A stretch of 42,895 nt of DNA from an uncultured Candidatus Saccharibacteria bacterium (GTDB lineage: Bacteria > Patescibacteriota > Minisyncoccia > GWC2-36-17 > WO2-46-25). The stretch's first letter is position 1. Each line of letters opens with the position of its first letter. The stretch covers positions 105,797 through 148,691 of the forward strand of contig CAYHUB010000001.1 in NCBI GenBank assembly GCA_964359755.1, read 5' to 3'. Made by a program: the position numbers and the translations under genes. Positions 27,649 through 36,193 of this stretch are shown here, one piece after another. The notes under the pieces were generated by a model. It was not told where the DNA came from and ran no database searches. It saw only the letters and a list, made by a program, of their open reading frames with translations.

Positions 27649-27996
27649 TTATACGAATTCTATCTGCGCGATCTTTGAACCATCGGATCTGCGCTGGCCG
27701 AGTTTTATAATTCTGGTGTATCCGCCGTTGCGTTCCTTGTATTTCACCGCAACCTCGTCAAACAACTTCTTGGTCACGCTCTCGGCAAGCGTTCTCCGGA
27801 TGAGGCGTATCGAGTTTATATCCTTTATCTTCGCCTTTGAGATCATTTTTTCGATCTGCGGACGAACTTCTTTTGCCTTTGCTTCGGTGGTCTTGATCTT
27901 TCCATTCGTAATAAGCGCAGTGATAAGCGCCTTCAGCAACGCTTTGCGCTGCCCTGCTTCTCTATGGAATTTTCTGGTCTTGCTTAAATGTTTCAT
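27649..27996 (-). CDS. rplQ: 50S ribosomal protein L17
   Basis: MKHLSKTRKFHREAGQRKALLKALITALITNGKIKTTEAKAKEVRP...GGYTRIIKLGQRRSDG. Confidence 0.92.
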   Translation of the reverse strand: MKHLSKTRKFHREAGQRKALLKALITALITNGKIKTTEAKAKEVRPQIEKMISKAKIKDINSIRLIRRTLAESVTKKLFDEVAVKYKERNGGYTRIIKLGQRRSDGSKIAQIEFV

Positions 27997-27999
27997 ATG

Positions 28000-28938
28000 C
28001 TATTCCTCTTTCAAATTCAGGCCGGATTTTTTAAGAGCCTTTTTAATATCGGTAACCGCCTTCGCTCCCATTCCTTCGAGCGCAAGAAGCTCCGTTTCGG
28101 TTTTTTCCGTAAGGGTGGCGATGGAAATAATGCCCGCTTCTTCAAGCGCACGAACAACGCGCGCGGGAAGCTCTAATGCGCTAAGGGCGCTCTCCTCACC
28201 GGAAGCATTATCTTCTACCGGTGCGTGCGTTCCTTCTTCCGCCTGTATATGGCCTTCATTGATTCCAATGAGCATCGAGAATTGTTCAACTAAAATATGA
28301 GCGCCCTTCGTAAATGCTTCTTCAGGGTCAATCGTACCATCGGTTTCAATAATGAGACGCAAACGATCATAATCAGTGCGTTCGCCGACGCGCATATTTT
28401 CCACCTCATAATTGATCTTTCGGATAGGTGTAAAAATCGCGTCAAGCGCAATAGTGCCGATCTCTGTTTTTTCTTTCTTCTTTTCTTCGACGGGCACATA
28501 GCCAAACCCTTTTTCAATCGTTAATTCAACCTCAAATTCTGATTTTTTATCGGTAAGCGTCGCGATATGCGCTGAAGGATCAACAACCTTAATCTGGCTT
28601 GATCCTTTAATGTCGGCTCCCGTTACCTCCCGTTCTCCGTGTACGCTTATCGAAACCACCTCCGGCTCATTCGTCTGCTTGATAAACCGCAGGCGCTTAA
28701 TATTTAAAAGCAATTGAACCACATCTTCCATGACGCCCGAGACCGTCGAAAATTCATGAGAAACCCCCTTGATCTTCACCACGGTCGCAGCCGCCCCTTC
28801 AAGCGAGGAAAGCAAAACACGCCTCAGCGCATTGCCGAGCGTCATACCGTATCCGGGATAAAGGCCCTCGATCTCGATAACAGCGCGGAACCCATCTTTC
28901 GTCACCACGCGGGGTTTTTCTGGTAATGTAATTGGCAT
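28000..28938 (-). CDS. rpoA: DNA-directed RNA polymerase subunit alpha
   Basis: GYGMTLGNALRRVLLSSLEGAA N-terminal domain. C-terminal domain LELPARVVRALEEAGI...L..L.G.G.K. Canonical position after rpsD. Confidence 0.93.
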   Translation of the reverse strand: MPITLPEKPRVVTKDGFRAVIEIEGLYPGYGMTLGNALRRVLLSSLEGAAATVVKIKGVSHEFSTVSGVMEDVVQLLLNIKRLRFIKQTNEPEVVSISVHGEREVTGADIKGSSQIKVVDPSAHIATLTDKKSEFEVELTIEKGFGYVPVEEKKKEKTEIGTIALDAIFTPIRKINYEVENMRVGERTDYDRLRLIIETDGTIDPEEAFTKGAHILVEQFSMLIGINEGHIQAEEGTHAPVEDNASGEESALSALELPARVVRALEEAGIISIATLTEKTETELLALEGMGAKAVTDIKKALKKSGLNLKEE

Positions 28939-28993
28939 GTTTCCAAAAAACTCGGCGGGAAGTTACACTCCCTCGCCAAAGTTGTTAATAGTA

Positions 28994-29614
28994 TTAGCGC
29001 GAATAAAACTCAGTTATCAATTGCAGGTTGAACGGCACATCAAGCTCCTCCGCCTCCGGAGAACGCACCATCTCTCCTTTCAGGCTTTCTTTATCCATGC
29101 TCAGCCACTGCGGCGGGTCATATTTTTTCAATACCGTTTTGATGTCTTGGAATATCTTCTTTGAAGCCGATCCCGGGCGGATCGTGATACTATCGCCTTT
29201 GGTAATATGATACGAAGGAATATCAACTCTTCTTCCGTTCACCATAAGATGGCCATGTCCCACCATCTGCCGTGCCTGACTCCGCGATCCGGCAAATCCT
29301 AATCGAAACGCAATATTATCAAGCCTTGTCTCAAGCAGTGTCGCGAGCGCGTTCAGCGTATTCTCTTTCTTTTTTGATGCCGCCTCGAAATAGTTCTTGA
29401 ATTGACGCTCCTGGATGCCGTAGCTGCGTTTCACTTTTTGCTTCTCCGCAAGCTGGACGCCGTACTCGGAGCCGCCCCTTCTTTTCCGTTTAGCGCCATG
29501 CACGCCCGGAGGTCCAGGACGGCGCGCGACCGCGCATTTTGCCATAGCGCACCGCTCGCCTTTCAAAAAAAGCTTTTCTCCCGCCCGTCTGCATTTACTG
29601 CATTTTGATTCCAT
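28994..29614 (-). CDS. rpsD: 30S ribosomal protein S4
   Basis: CSKCRRAGEKLFLKGERC...YGVQLAEKQKVKRSYGI.ERQF...RLDNIAFRLGFA.SR.QARQ.V.HGH..VNG. Confidence 0.93.
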   Translation of the reverse strand: MESKCSKCRRAGEKLFLKGERCAMAKCAVARRPGPPGVHGAKRKRRGGSEYGVQLAEKQKVKRSYGIQERQFKNYFEAASKKKENTLNALATLLETRLDNIAFRLGFAGSRSQARQMVGHGHLMVNGRRVDIPSYHITKGDSITIRPGSASKKIFQDIKTVLKKYDPPQWLSMDKESLKGEMVRSPEAEELDVPFNLQLITEFYSR

Positions 29615-29629
29615 AAATATGTCGGTACG

Positions 29630-30082
29630 TTAGATGCGTCTTACTTTCGGAGGCCTGCATCCGTTATGAGGAATAGGCGTTACGTCTGAAATAGAAATAA
29701 TATTAAAGTTTCCCGCGAGAGCTCTCACCGCGGACTCTCTCCCTGATCCGATCCCTTTCACAAAGATCGCAACATCCTGAAGCCCCGTTTTCTTAACCTT
29801 CTCGACAACCGTGGAAACAACCTGAGACGCCGCATACGGCGTTGCTTTCTTTGCTCCCTTAAAGCCCAGCGAGCCGGCCGAAGACCATGCAAGCACATTT
29901 CCCGAATCATCCGCAACCGTAATGATGGTATTGTTATATGTTGCCTGCACATGCGCCTGCCCCGCCTTCATGATCCGTTTCGCTGTTGAGACGGTTGGCG
30001 CCTTTTTTGCCGAGGATTCCTGTTCCTCGGTCTCTTTCATCAACTGTTCTTCATTTTGTGTTAATACTTTCTTCTTTCCCAT
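29630..30082 (-). CDS. rpsK: 30S ribosomal protein S11 (extended N-terminus)
   Basis: GQAHVQATYNNTIITVADDSGNVLAWSSAGSLGFKGAKKATPYAA...DVTPIPHNGCRPPK.RR. Confidence 0.93.
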   Translation of the reverse strand: MGKKKVLTQNEEQLMKETEEQESSAKKAPTVSTAKRIMKAGQAHVQATYNNTIITVADDSGNVLAWSSAGSLGFKGAKKATPYAASQVVSTVVEKVKKTGLQDVAIFVKGIGSGRESAVRALAGNFNIISISDVTPIPHNGCRPPKVRRI

Positions 30083-30102
30083 GATAATAAATATGTTCGC
30101 TA

Positions 30103-30489
30103 TTATTTCTTCTCAACTGCGCGTCGTCCTGATCCGGCGGTCTTTCTTACATTGCCGCGTCGTGTGCGGGAATTCGTTTTCGTTCTTTGTCCGTGCACCG
30201 GAAGCCCCTTCATATGCCGAATGCCCCGATACGATTTCACATCCTTCAACCGTTTGATGTGCAACATGATCTCCCTCTTCAGATCTCCTTCTGTTTTATA
30301 ATTCTTCTCAATCGCGTCTTTTAACCGGCTGGTCTCGTCGGCAGTAAGTTCCTGCGCTCGCTTATCCGGATCCACCTTCGTTTCTGCAAGCAGCCGTCGC
30401 GCCCGCGTAGGGCCGATGCCGTAGATATAGGTAAGTGCTACCTCTATCCGCTTTTTATCTGGAATATTAACACCGACGATTCTTGCCAT
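30103..30489 (-). CDS. rpsM: 30S ribosomal protein S13
   Basis: Start set at [26 protein letters not shown] (ATG 30489), one nt after the rpmJ stop. Confidence 0.92.
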   Translation of the reverse strand: MARIVGVNIPDKKRIEVALTYIYGIGPTRARRLLAETKVDPDKRAQELTADETSRLKDAIEKNYKTEGDLKREIMLHIKRLKDVKSYRGIRHMKGLPVHGQRTKTNSRTRRGNVRKTAGSGRRAVEKK

Positions 30490-30490
30490 A

Positions 30491-30604
30491 TTATTTTTGA
30501 CGCTGTTTATGCTTCGGATTTGCGCAAACGACATACATACGGCCGTATCTTCTGACCGACTTGCACTTCGCGCAGATTTTTTTCACCGATGCTCTTACTT
30601 TCAT
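30491..30604 (-). CDS. rpmJ: 50S ribosomal protein L36
   Basis: Below the ORF-track size cutoff. My translation is [37 protein letters not shown] (37 aa), in the canonical infA-rpmJ-rpsM position. Confidence 0.9.
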   Translation of the reverse strand: MKVRASVKKICAKCKSVRRYGRMYVVCANPKHKQRQK

Positions 30605-30621
30605 AGTTATTAGACCTCTTG

Positions 30622-30837
30622 CTATTTCATCCTCAAAACGATCCGTCCTTTTGTTAGGTCGTATGGACTTAACTCAACCGTCACCTTATCCCCGGGAAGC
30701 ACCTTAATATGATGCAACCTCATCTTGCCGGCCAAATGAGCAAACACGATGGTTCCATCCTGAAGCTGTACGCGAAACAATCCATTGGATAGGTTCTCTT
30801 CAGCTATCCCATCGCGACGAATTCTCTCTTGTGGCAT
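30622..30837 (-). CDS. infA: Translation initiation factor IF-1
   Basis: [22 protein letters not shown]...[21 protein letters not shown]. Confidence 0.92.
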   Translation of the reverse strand: MPQERIRRDGIAEENLSNGLFRVQLQDGTIVFAHLAGKMRLHHIKVLPGDKVTVELSPYDLTKGRIVLRMK

Positions 30838-30849
30838 AAATATTAGTTA

Positions 30850-30878
30850 TTTCTAACAAATTGGCGAACATTAGTCAA
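30850..30878 (-). promoter_or_regulatory. Candidate promoter for the infA-to-rpsI operon
   Basis: The minus strand reads TTGACT-17 nt-TAGAAA in the 85-nt gap upstream of infA. Confidence 0.35.
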
Positions 30879-30922
30879 CCCCCCGCGCTTTTTAGAGCGG
30901 AAAATACAAGTACCCTCACCTA

Positions 30923-32593
30923 TTACTGCTCGACAACAACAATCGTTATGCGGTCTTTATTGGTTGGGGCGAGTGATATCCAAAATGGCCAAAACGTCGC
31001 CTCCGCGCTTTCTATCGCATCATTCGCGCTCAATATTTGCTGAATATCCGCCTCCCCTTTTCCGGCGAGCACTTCCTTGATCTGCTGCTCATCTATAGAC
31101 CCGGCAACCAATTCACTCGCTTTTACCGTGAAGCTCAGCGTTTCTTTATTTGGGCCAAATGCCTCTCTCTCATAGGTGATGACGCGCGTTCCCGGTAATG
31201 CCTTTCGTGCGTCTTGTAATCTTTTTGAAAGATAATGCTCAGTGAGCGCCGCAATATCATTTTCAGAAAACACGAATACATTGTAGGCGACGATCATATG
31301 CGCAGTGAACTTTCCTGCGATATCGGGCTGATCCGCGGAAAACTCGGGTGAGCTTTGCTCTATTGCATTCTCAAGAACAACAAACCCTTTTGGTATATTC
31401 GCTTCGACATATCCTTTTGACTCTTCCGTAAGCTTGACCCGTAACGATACCTTTGCTTTCTCTATATCCTCCGCAGTCGCGACATACCCCTCTCCCGCTC
31501 CGCCGCCCGTCATCATCGATGAGGATTTTGCATAAAATCCGGAAAACTTTGCTGTTCCCTCAAATCCGGGAATCACAAACTTAGATGGTTCAATATTGTA
31601 CGCTGATCCCGCCTCATCTGCGATCACTGTCGCGCTGATCGTGCCCGGAGCAGTTACTGCGCCGTTCTTCACCGTCGCCCCCGGAATGGTTACTGCGTCT
31701 TTGAGCCGAAAGATCTTCCCGTTCGGCGCGCGAAGCCGGGTATTTCGCACAAGCTGCTGAGCGGCTGAACTGAATTCATTATACAACTCCACGTTCCCTT
31801 CCGCCTTCGTCGCTGTGTTCTGTTTTGCCGAGGCGATAAACTCACCGCTCACCTTTTTTTCGATCGGAATGATCTGCCCCGGTATTTTTGCTTTTTCCAC
31901 ATCAAGCGAGGACGCTTTGCTGTCTGCTACCACAACAAAATCAAATCGCAGTGATTCTTTCTTTGGTACCACGGTTACCGATAGCCTCGGGGAAAGAGCA
32001 TAAAACGCTCCGCCCGCAAAGATTGCCGCAACCATAAAAGAAATTACCACAAATTTCGTAGTGAGCATTTTCCCGCGAATCGTTTTTTGTTCCGGAAGAG
32101 AAGCAATCTCCTGTACCGCCGACTCACTGCGCTCTTGCGCGTTATGACCGTAGTGACTGTCCTCTTCATCACGAGGGGGGCTCATAAGCACTTCGTCGTA
32201 CGAGGAAGGAATACGGATGTTTTCATCGCGTATGACGCGCACCTGCAGCTCTTCTTCCTGTTCGCCGCTCGCTTCACTGCTTGACATGGCGGGCGCGGCT
32301 GCGGGCGATGCCGCCTCCGCCTCTTGCCGCTCAAATTCCACGGCACTTTCCGCAACAGTATCAAACGAAACATTGCGGGCCATTTCAAGCACCGCGGGAT
32401 TCTGAGAGATAATGACGATGCGTTTCCCGAGCACATTCGCTTCTCTCGCCAAAAGTTTCATATTCACCGCATCGGTAAAAAGAGCGGGATGCTCATCAGC
32501 CGCCAAATACAACACCTCGTCTTCCGTGTTCTCAAGCCTATCAATGAGATACGCAACGCTTTCTTCGGGGTGAATATAGAGTATTTTTTTCAT
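30923..32593 (-). CDS. Hypothetical single-pass membrane protein (cytoplasmic N-domain, acidic linker, large extracytoplasmic domain)
   Basis: 556 aa. N-domain is MKKILYIHPEESVAYLIDRLE...RIVIISQNPAVLEMARN. Linker is EAEAASPAAAPAMSSSEASGEQEEE. TM is FVVISFMVAAIFAGGAFYAL. No family recognised with confidence. Confidence 0.55.
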   Translation of the reverse strand: MKKILYIHPEESVAYLIDRLENTEDEVLYLAADEHPALFTDAVNMKLLAREANVLGKRIVIISQNPAVLEMARNVSFDTVAESAVEFERQEAEAASPAAAPAMSSSEASGEQEEELQVRVIRDENIRIPSSYDEVLMSPPRDEEDSHYGHNAQERSESAVQEIASLPEQKTIRGKMLTTKFVVISFMVAAIFAGGAFYALSPRLSVTVVPKKESLRFDFVVVADSKASSLDVEKAKIPGQIIPIEKKVSGEFIASAKQNTATKAEGNVELYNEFSSAAQQLVRNTRLRAPNGKIFRLKDAVTIPGATVKNGAVTAPGTISATVIADEAGSAYNIEPSKFVIPGFEGTAKFSGFYAKSSSMMTGGGAGEGYVATAEDIEKAKVSLRVKLTEESKGYVEANIPKGFVVLENAIEQSSPEFSADQPDIAGKFTAHMIVAYNVFVFSENDIAALTEHYLSKRLQDARKALPGTRVITYEREAFGPNKETLSFTVKASELVAGSIDEQQIKEVLAGKGEADIQQILSANDAIESAEATFWPFWISLAPTNKDRITIVVVEQ

Positions 32594-32601
32594 GGGTAAA
32601 A

Positions 32602-33693
32602 TTATAACGATTGTGCGATAATATGATCAAATGGCGTCAAAAATCCGTTCTCTGCGTTTACCATGCGTAGTATGGCATTTCGTTCTATGGGGAGCGATGC
32701 GAGCCATGCGGAGGCGCGGAACGCTTCGTCGATCTTCGGCATATTCTCCGAGGATACCACCCATATATTCCCGGGCAATAAACGCGTGGAATCAAGCTGT
32801 GCAACGGTTTGCGTGACTCCCGCGATCAACTCCTTGCCCGCATCGCCGTATGCATCCTGTATGCGCCCGCCGATTGTTTCATCAAGTTCTTTATTCGCAA
32901 ATGCCCGCATGATTCCTTTTGCTTCTTCGCGCCCGACGGAAAAAATCTTTTCAACTATTGTATTCATTATACCATATCCGATAGGCGCGACACCAACACC
33001 CGCAACCGCGTGATTGCGCGTCAGCACTGCGTGTGTTTCATGCTCAAATACGCACAGCACAATTGCGCTATCACGGCCTTCTTCAAATAAATTCTTGTAT
33101 TTTGCGGCGGCATATCGCATATCAAGAAACCCTTTTACTGAAAATCCCGCGGCATTCGCAACAGACGAAAGGCCGGACGCAAGAACATTTCCGCACGATA
33201 CGCGCGCAATACCGACAACCAATTCGCCGCCATGCAATGCAACGGGACTCTCAACCGCAAAACCATCAACAAGGAAGCTCTCGGTAAAACTGCGGATCAT
33301 TTCCTTACCCTCTCCTTTTTCCCGCGCGCTCATAAGCGCGGTAATTTCCTCTGTGGAAATTTTCTTTTCCTTTGTCTCGCGGATGCTCTTTTCCTGTGTA
33401 AATGAAAATACTCCCACGCCTCCGCCAAGCGCAAAGATCAAATCTTGCACAACGCCTTCTGCGGCGGGCGGCAATGCCGCAAGCGCTTTCCGGCAATTCA
33501 AGGCGATACGATCAACATCGAGTATGCCGTTATCGGCACATGCGCCTTCCTGTTGTTCTACCGCAACAGCAATGACTATCGGCTCTCCATGCTCATACCG
33601 TATTGAAGAAACGGTTATCTTGTCCGTATACACGCCGACAATGACTACAGGCTTTCTCTCTCCTCCTTCAGTATTATGTGATAAAAATTCCAT
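32602..33693 (-). CDS. Divergent actin-fold (FtsA/PilM-like) protein
   Basis: The overall pattern resembles FtsA/PilM: VVIVGVYTDKITVSSI..., GILDVDRIALNCRKALAAL, ALGGGVG and a second subdomain VLCVFEHETHAVL. The phosphate-binding DxG motifs are not canonical, so the assignment is tentative. Confidence 0.4.
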   Translation of the reverse strand: MEFLSHNTEGGERKPVVIVGVYTDKITVSSIRYEHGEPIVIAVAVEQQEGACADNGILDVDRIALNCRKALAALPPAAEGVVQDLIFALGGGVGVFSFTQEKSIRETKEKKISTEEITALMSAREKGEGKEMIRSFTESFLVDGFAVESPVALHGGELVVGIARVSCGNVLASGLSSVANAAGFSVKGFLDMRYAAAKYKNLFEEGRDSAIVLCVFEHETHAVLTRNHAVAGVGVAPIGYGIMNTIVEKIFSVGREEAKGIMRAFANKELDETIGGRIQDAYGDAGKELIAGVTQTVAQLDSTRLLPGNIWVVSSENMPKIDEAFRASAWLASLPIERNAILRMVNAENGFLTPFDHIIAQSL

Positions 33694-33697
33694 ATAC

Positions 33698-35554
33698 TTA
33701 TTCTACGGTCGCGCGAATGCGCCGTATACCGGCGGATGATGCCTCCTCTTTAACGATCCTGAATTTCCCGATTTCTTTTGTATTTTGCACATGCGGTCCT
33801 CCGCACAGTTCCTGAGAAACCGGTTTTTCCTTATTACCGACAGTATACACGCTCACCGCATTTCCGTATTTTTCCTTATTGAACATAAGCGCTCCCGATT
33901 TTTCCGCATCATTGATCGCCATTTCCTTATGCATTACCGGCAATGCCTCGGTAATGTGCGTATTCACGATATCCTCAGCCTTCTTTTTTTCTTCATCGGT
34001 CATTTTTTGAGTGTGGATAAAGTCAAACCGCAACCGTTCCGCCGTGATGTCGGACCCGCGTTGGCGCACATGATCGCCCAGCACTTCACGCAACGCTGAT
34101 TGCAACAAATGCGTCGCGGTATGCAGGCGCGTCACGCGCGCAAGCTCCGTATCGTCTGTCGCTTTCAACTCGCCTGTCTGCAGTTTCATGCCGTGCCCGC
34201 CGAATTTCTTCTCAGCCCCCGCGCGCGATACTTCCTGATGTTTTTTATATTCCTCCCAAAATCCGGCTTCATCCACGATAATTCCCGCATCCTTTGCGAG
34301 ATCTAACATGAGCTCAAGCCGAAATCCGTATGTCTGCTGAAGATCGAACGCATCACTGCCGCGTATCGGTCTGTTTTCATTTCGCGCGCTATCGGCGCAC
34401 GCATGAAATTCCTTCATCCCGCGCTCAAATGCCTTTGCGAATGCGCCGTGCTCATCGGCTATCGCGTCCATGATTGCTTTTATCGGCAAAAACTGATAGT
34501 GCTTTTGATAATACGCATAGATCACTTCGATCGGCGCGCGATAAAAACCATCGGATAATTTTAATATCTTTGCATGCGTAACGGCACGCCGCAAAAGATT
34601 GCGGAGAATGTATCCCCGCTCGATATTTGAAGGAAGAACACCGTCGGAAATTAAAAATACCGCCGCGCGGAGATGATCGGCGATGATGCGATACCGGCGC
34701 GCTTCATGCGTATAGGGAATATCCTTGTTTTCAACCGATGCGATGATCGCAGAAAAAATATCCGTCTCAAACACCGTTTCTTTCCCCTGAAGCACCATTG
34801 CGATGCGCTCAAGTCCCATGCCTGTGTCAACGCTCTTATGCGCAAGCGGTACATATGTGTAGCCGCCTTTGCCGTCCTCCTTCTTCTCGTATTCCATGAA
34901 CACATTGTTCCATATTTCCACGAACCGCCCGCAATCGCAGTTTGCGTGACATTGTTCGCCAAACGTTGGATCATGCTGTTTGCCCGTATCATAGAAGATC
35001 TCCGTATCCGGACCGCACGGCCCTGTGCCGGGCAATTCCCACCAGTTCTTCTTTTTCGGATACATCGAAATACGCTTGTTTTCCACGCTCGCTTCGATTC
35101 CTGACCGCGCAAACGCTTCTTTCCAACACTCGATGGATTCGTCATCTTGCGTAACGCCAAGCGATGCGTCTCCTTCAAACACAGTCACATATATTTTCGC
35201 GGGATCAATTCCAAACCACTCTTGTGAGGTAAGCAGTTCAAAGCTCCATGCAATAGACTCTTTTTTGAAATAATCACCTAAGGACCAATTCCCGAGCATT
35301 TCAAAAAACGTGAGGTGACGGTTGTCCCCCACTTCAAGGATGTCGTCCGTCCGTAAACATTTTTGCGCGTTCGCAAGGCGTGCGCCCTCGGGGTGCTTCT
35401 TCTCACCCATAAGATAGGGTACGAGCGGCTGCATGCCCGCTGTGACAAATAGTACTGTTTTATCTTCCGGCACGAGTGATGCCGACGGAATAACTGCGTG
35501 CTGCTTCGCGCGAAAAAAATCAAAAAATTTTTGCCGTGTTTCATGTACCGTCAT
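33698..35554 (-). CDS. alaS: Alanine--tRNA ligase, short form lacking the C-Ala/DHHA1 domain
   Basis: RQKFFDFFRAKQHAVIPSASLVPEDKTVLFVTAGM, RHLTFFEMLGNWS(L)GDYFK and GMGLERI. Editing-domain metal ligands HTATHLL and CGGPHV. The protein ends about 30 aa after CGGPHV (618 aa). Confidence 0.9.
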   Translation of the reverse strand: MTVHETRQKFFDFFRAKQHAVIPSASLVPEDKTVLFVTAGMQPLVPYLMGEKKHPEGARLANAQKCLRTDDILEVGDNRHLTFFEMLGNWSLGDYFKKESIAWSFELLTSQEWFGIDPAKIYVTVFEGDASLGVTQDDESIECWKEAFARSGIEASVENKRISMYPKKKNWWELPGTGPCGPDTEIFYDTGKQHDPTFGEQCHANCDCGRFVEIWNNVFMEYEKKEDGKGGYTYVPLAHKSVDTGMGLERIAMVLQGKETVFETDIFSAIIASVENKDIPYTHEARRYRIIADHLRAAVFLISDGVLPSNIERGYILRNLLRRAVTHAKILKLSDGFYRAPIEVIYAYYQKHYQFLPIKAIMDAIADEHGAFAKAFERGMKEFHACADSARNENRPIRGSDAFDLQQTYGFRLELMLDLAKDAGIIVDEAGFWEEYKKHQEVSRAGAEKKFGGHGMKLQTGELKATDDTELARVTRLHTATHLLQSALREVLGDHVRQRGSDITAERLRFDFIHTQKMTDEEKKKAEDIVNTHITEALPVMHKEMAINDAEKSGALMFNKEKYGNAVSVYTVGNKEKPVSQELCGGPHVQNTKEIGKFRIVKEEASSAGIRRIRATVE

Positions 35555-35583
35555 ATGTGCGCCATTCTAACAAAGAAATGACA

Positions 35584-35622
35584 GAAAAAAAAGCGGCTTC
35601 TTGGTTTTGTCCAAAAAGCCGC
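35584..35622 (-). terminator. Rho-independent terminator after the 35638-36153 gene
   Basis: The minus strand reads GCGGCTTTTTGG-ACAAAA-CCAAGAAGCCGC followed by TTTTTTTT. Confidence 0.7.
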
Positions 35623-35637
35623 ACGAAGCAACGCATA

Positions 35638-36153
35638 TTATATTGTAATGTGGCCAGCCGGTTTTTTCACGCCGACTCCCTCTTCATATGTATCTTCCAA
35701 AACCCGAGCGAGAAAATTAAAAGCGAGGTTATTTATTGCTTCCTCAAATGTACTTCCTTTGCCGGCGCCATACACAATAGTGCCGTCTGAAAGACGCACG
35801 AACACCTCAGGCAGGGAAGAAAATTCCACTATCTCGAGCCACGATGTTTGGGGTATCTTCGCGTCATACCCGGAAAACACCACCATCGCGATAAAATTCA
35901 CATCGAGGGCGGTTTTCTTTTTTGAGGCGCTTGCCAACTCAGAGCCTTCATGCGCGCACACTTTCTTGTGCAGTCGCGGAAAATCAAAACATTGTACCGT
36001 AAGCTGTTCCACGCTCGCTGTATAGCGCACATCGCTTTTTTCCATGCTTGCGTAAGGATCCATGGAAATTCCTTTCGCTTTCGGCGTCGTGAAAAACACC
36101 GCGCCCACGAAAACTAAGAAAAACATTGCTACTTTACATCCCCTCGTCTTCAT
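35638..36153 (-). CDS. Hypothetical secreted protein
   Basis: Signal-peptide-like N-terminus MKTRGCKVAMFFLVFVGAVFFTTPKAKG. Strong RBS AAGGAGGTG. No recognisable family. Confidence 0.5.
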   Translation of the reverse strand: MKTRGCKVAMFFLVFVGAVFFTTPKAKGISMDPYASMEKSDVRYTASVEQLTVQCFDFPRLHKKVCAHEGSELASASKKKTALDVNFIAMVVFSGYDAKIPQTSWLEIVEFSSLPEVFVRLSDGTIVYGAGKGSTFEEAINNLAFNFLARVLEDTYEEGVGVKKPAGHITI

Positions 36154-36193
36154 ACGCCACCTCCTTGGTTAATGGGTTATGAGCCTCATCGCT

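Noticed and set aside
27482-28300. 272-aa plus-strand ORF
   Set aside because: It is antisense to rplQ and rpoA, has no RBS or recognisable domain, and would span a gene boundary on the other strand.
33014-33739. 241-aa plus-strand ORF. The same applies to 1936-2586, 36932-37597, 17577-18176, 13361-13936 and 23122-23646.
   Set aside because: All are antisense shadows of confidently assigned minus-strand genes with Ser/Arg/Pro-rich, motif-free translations.
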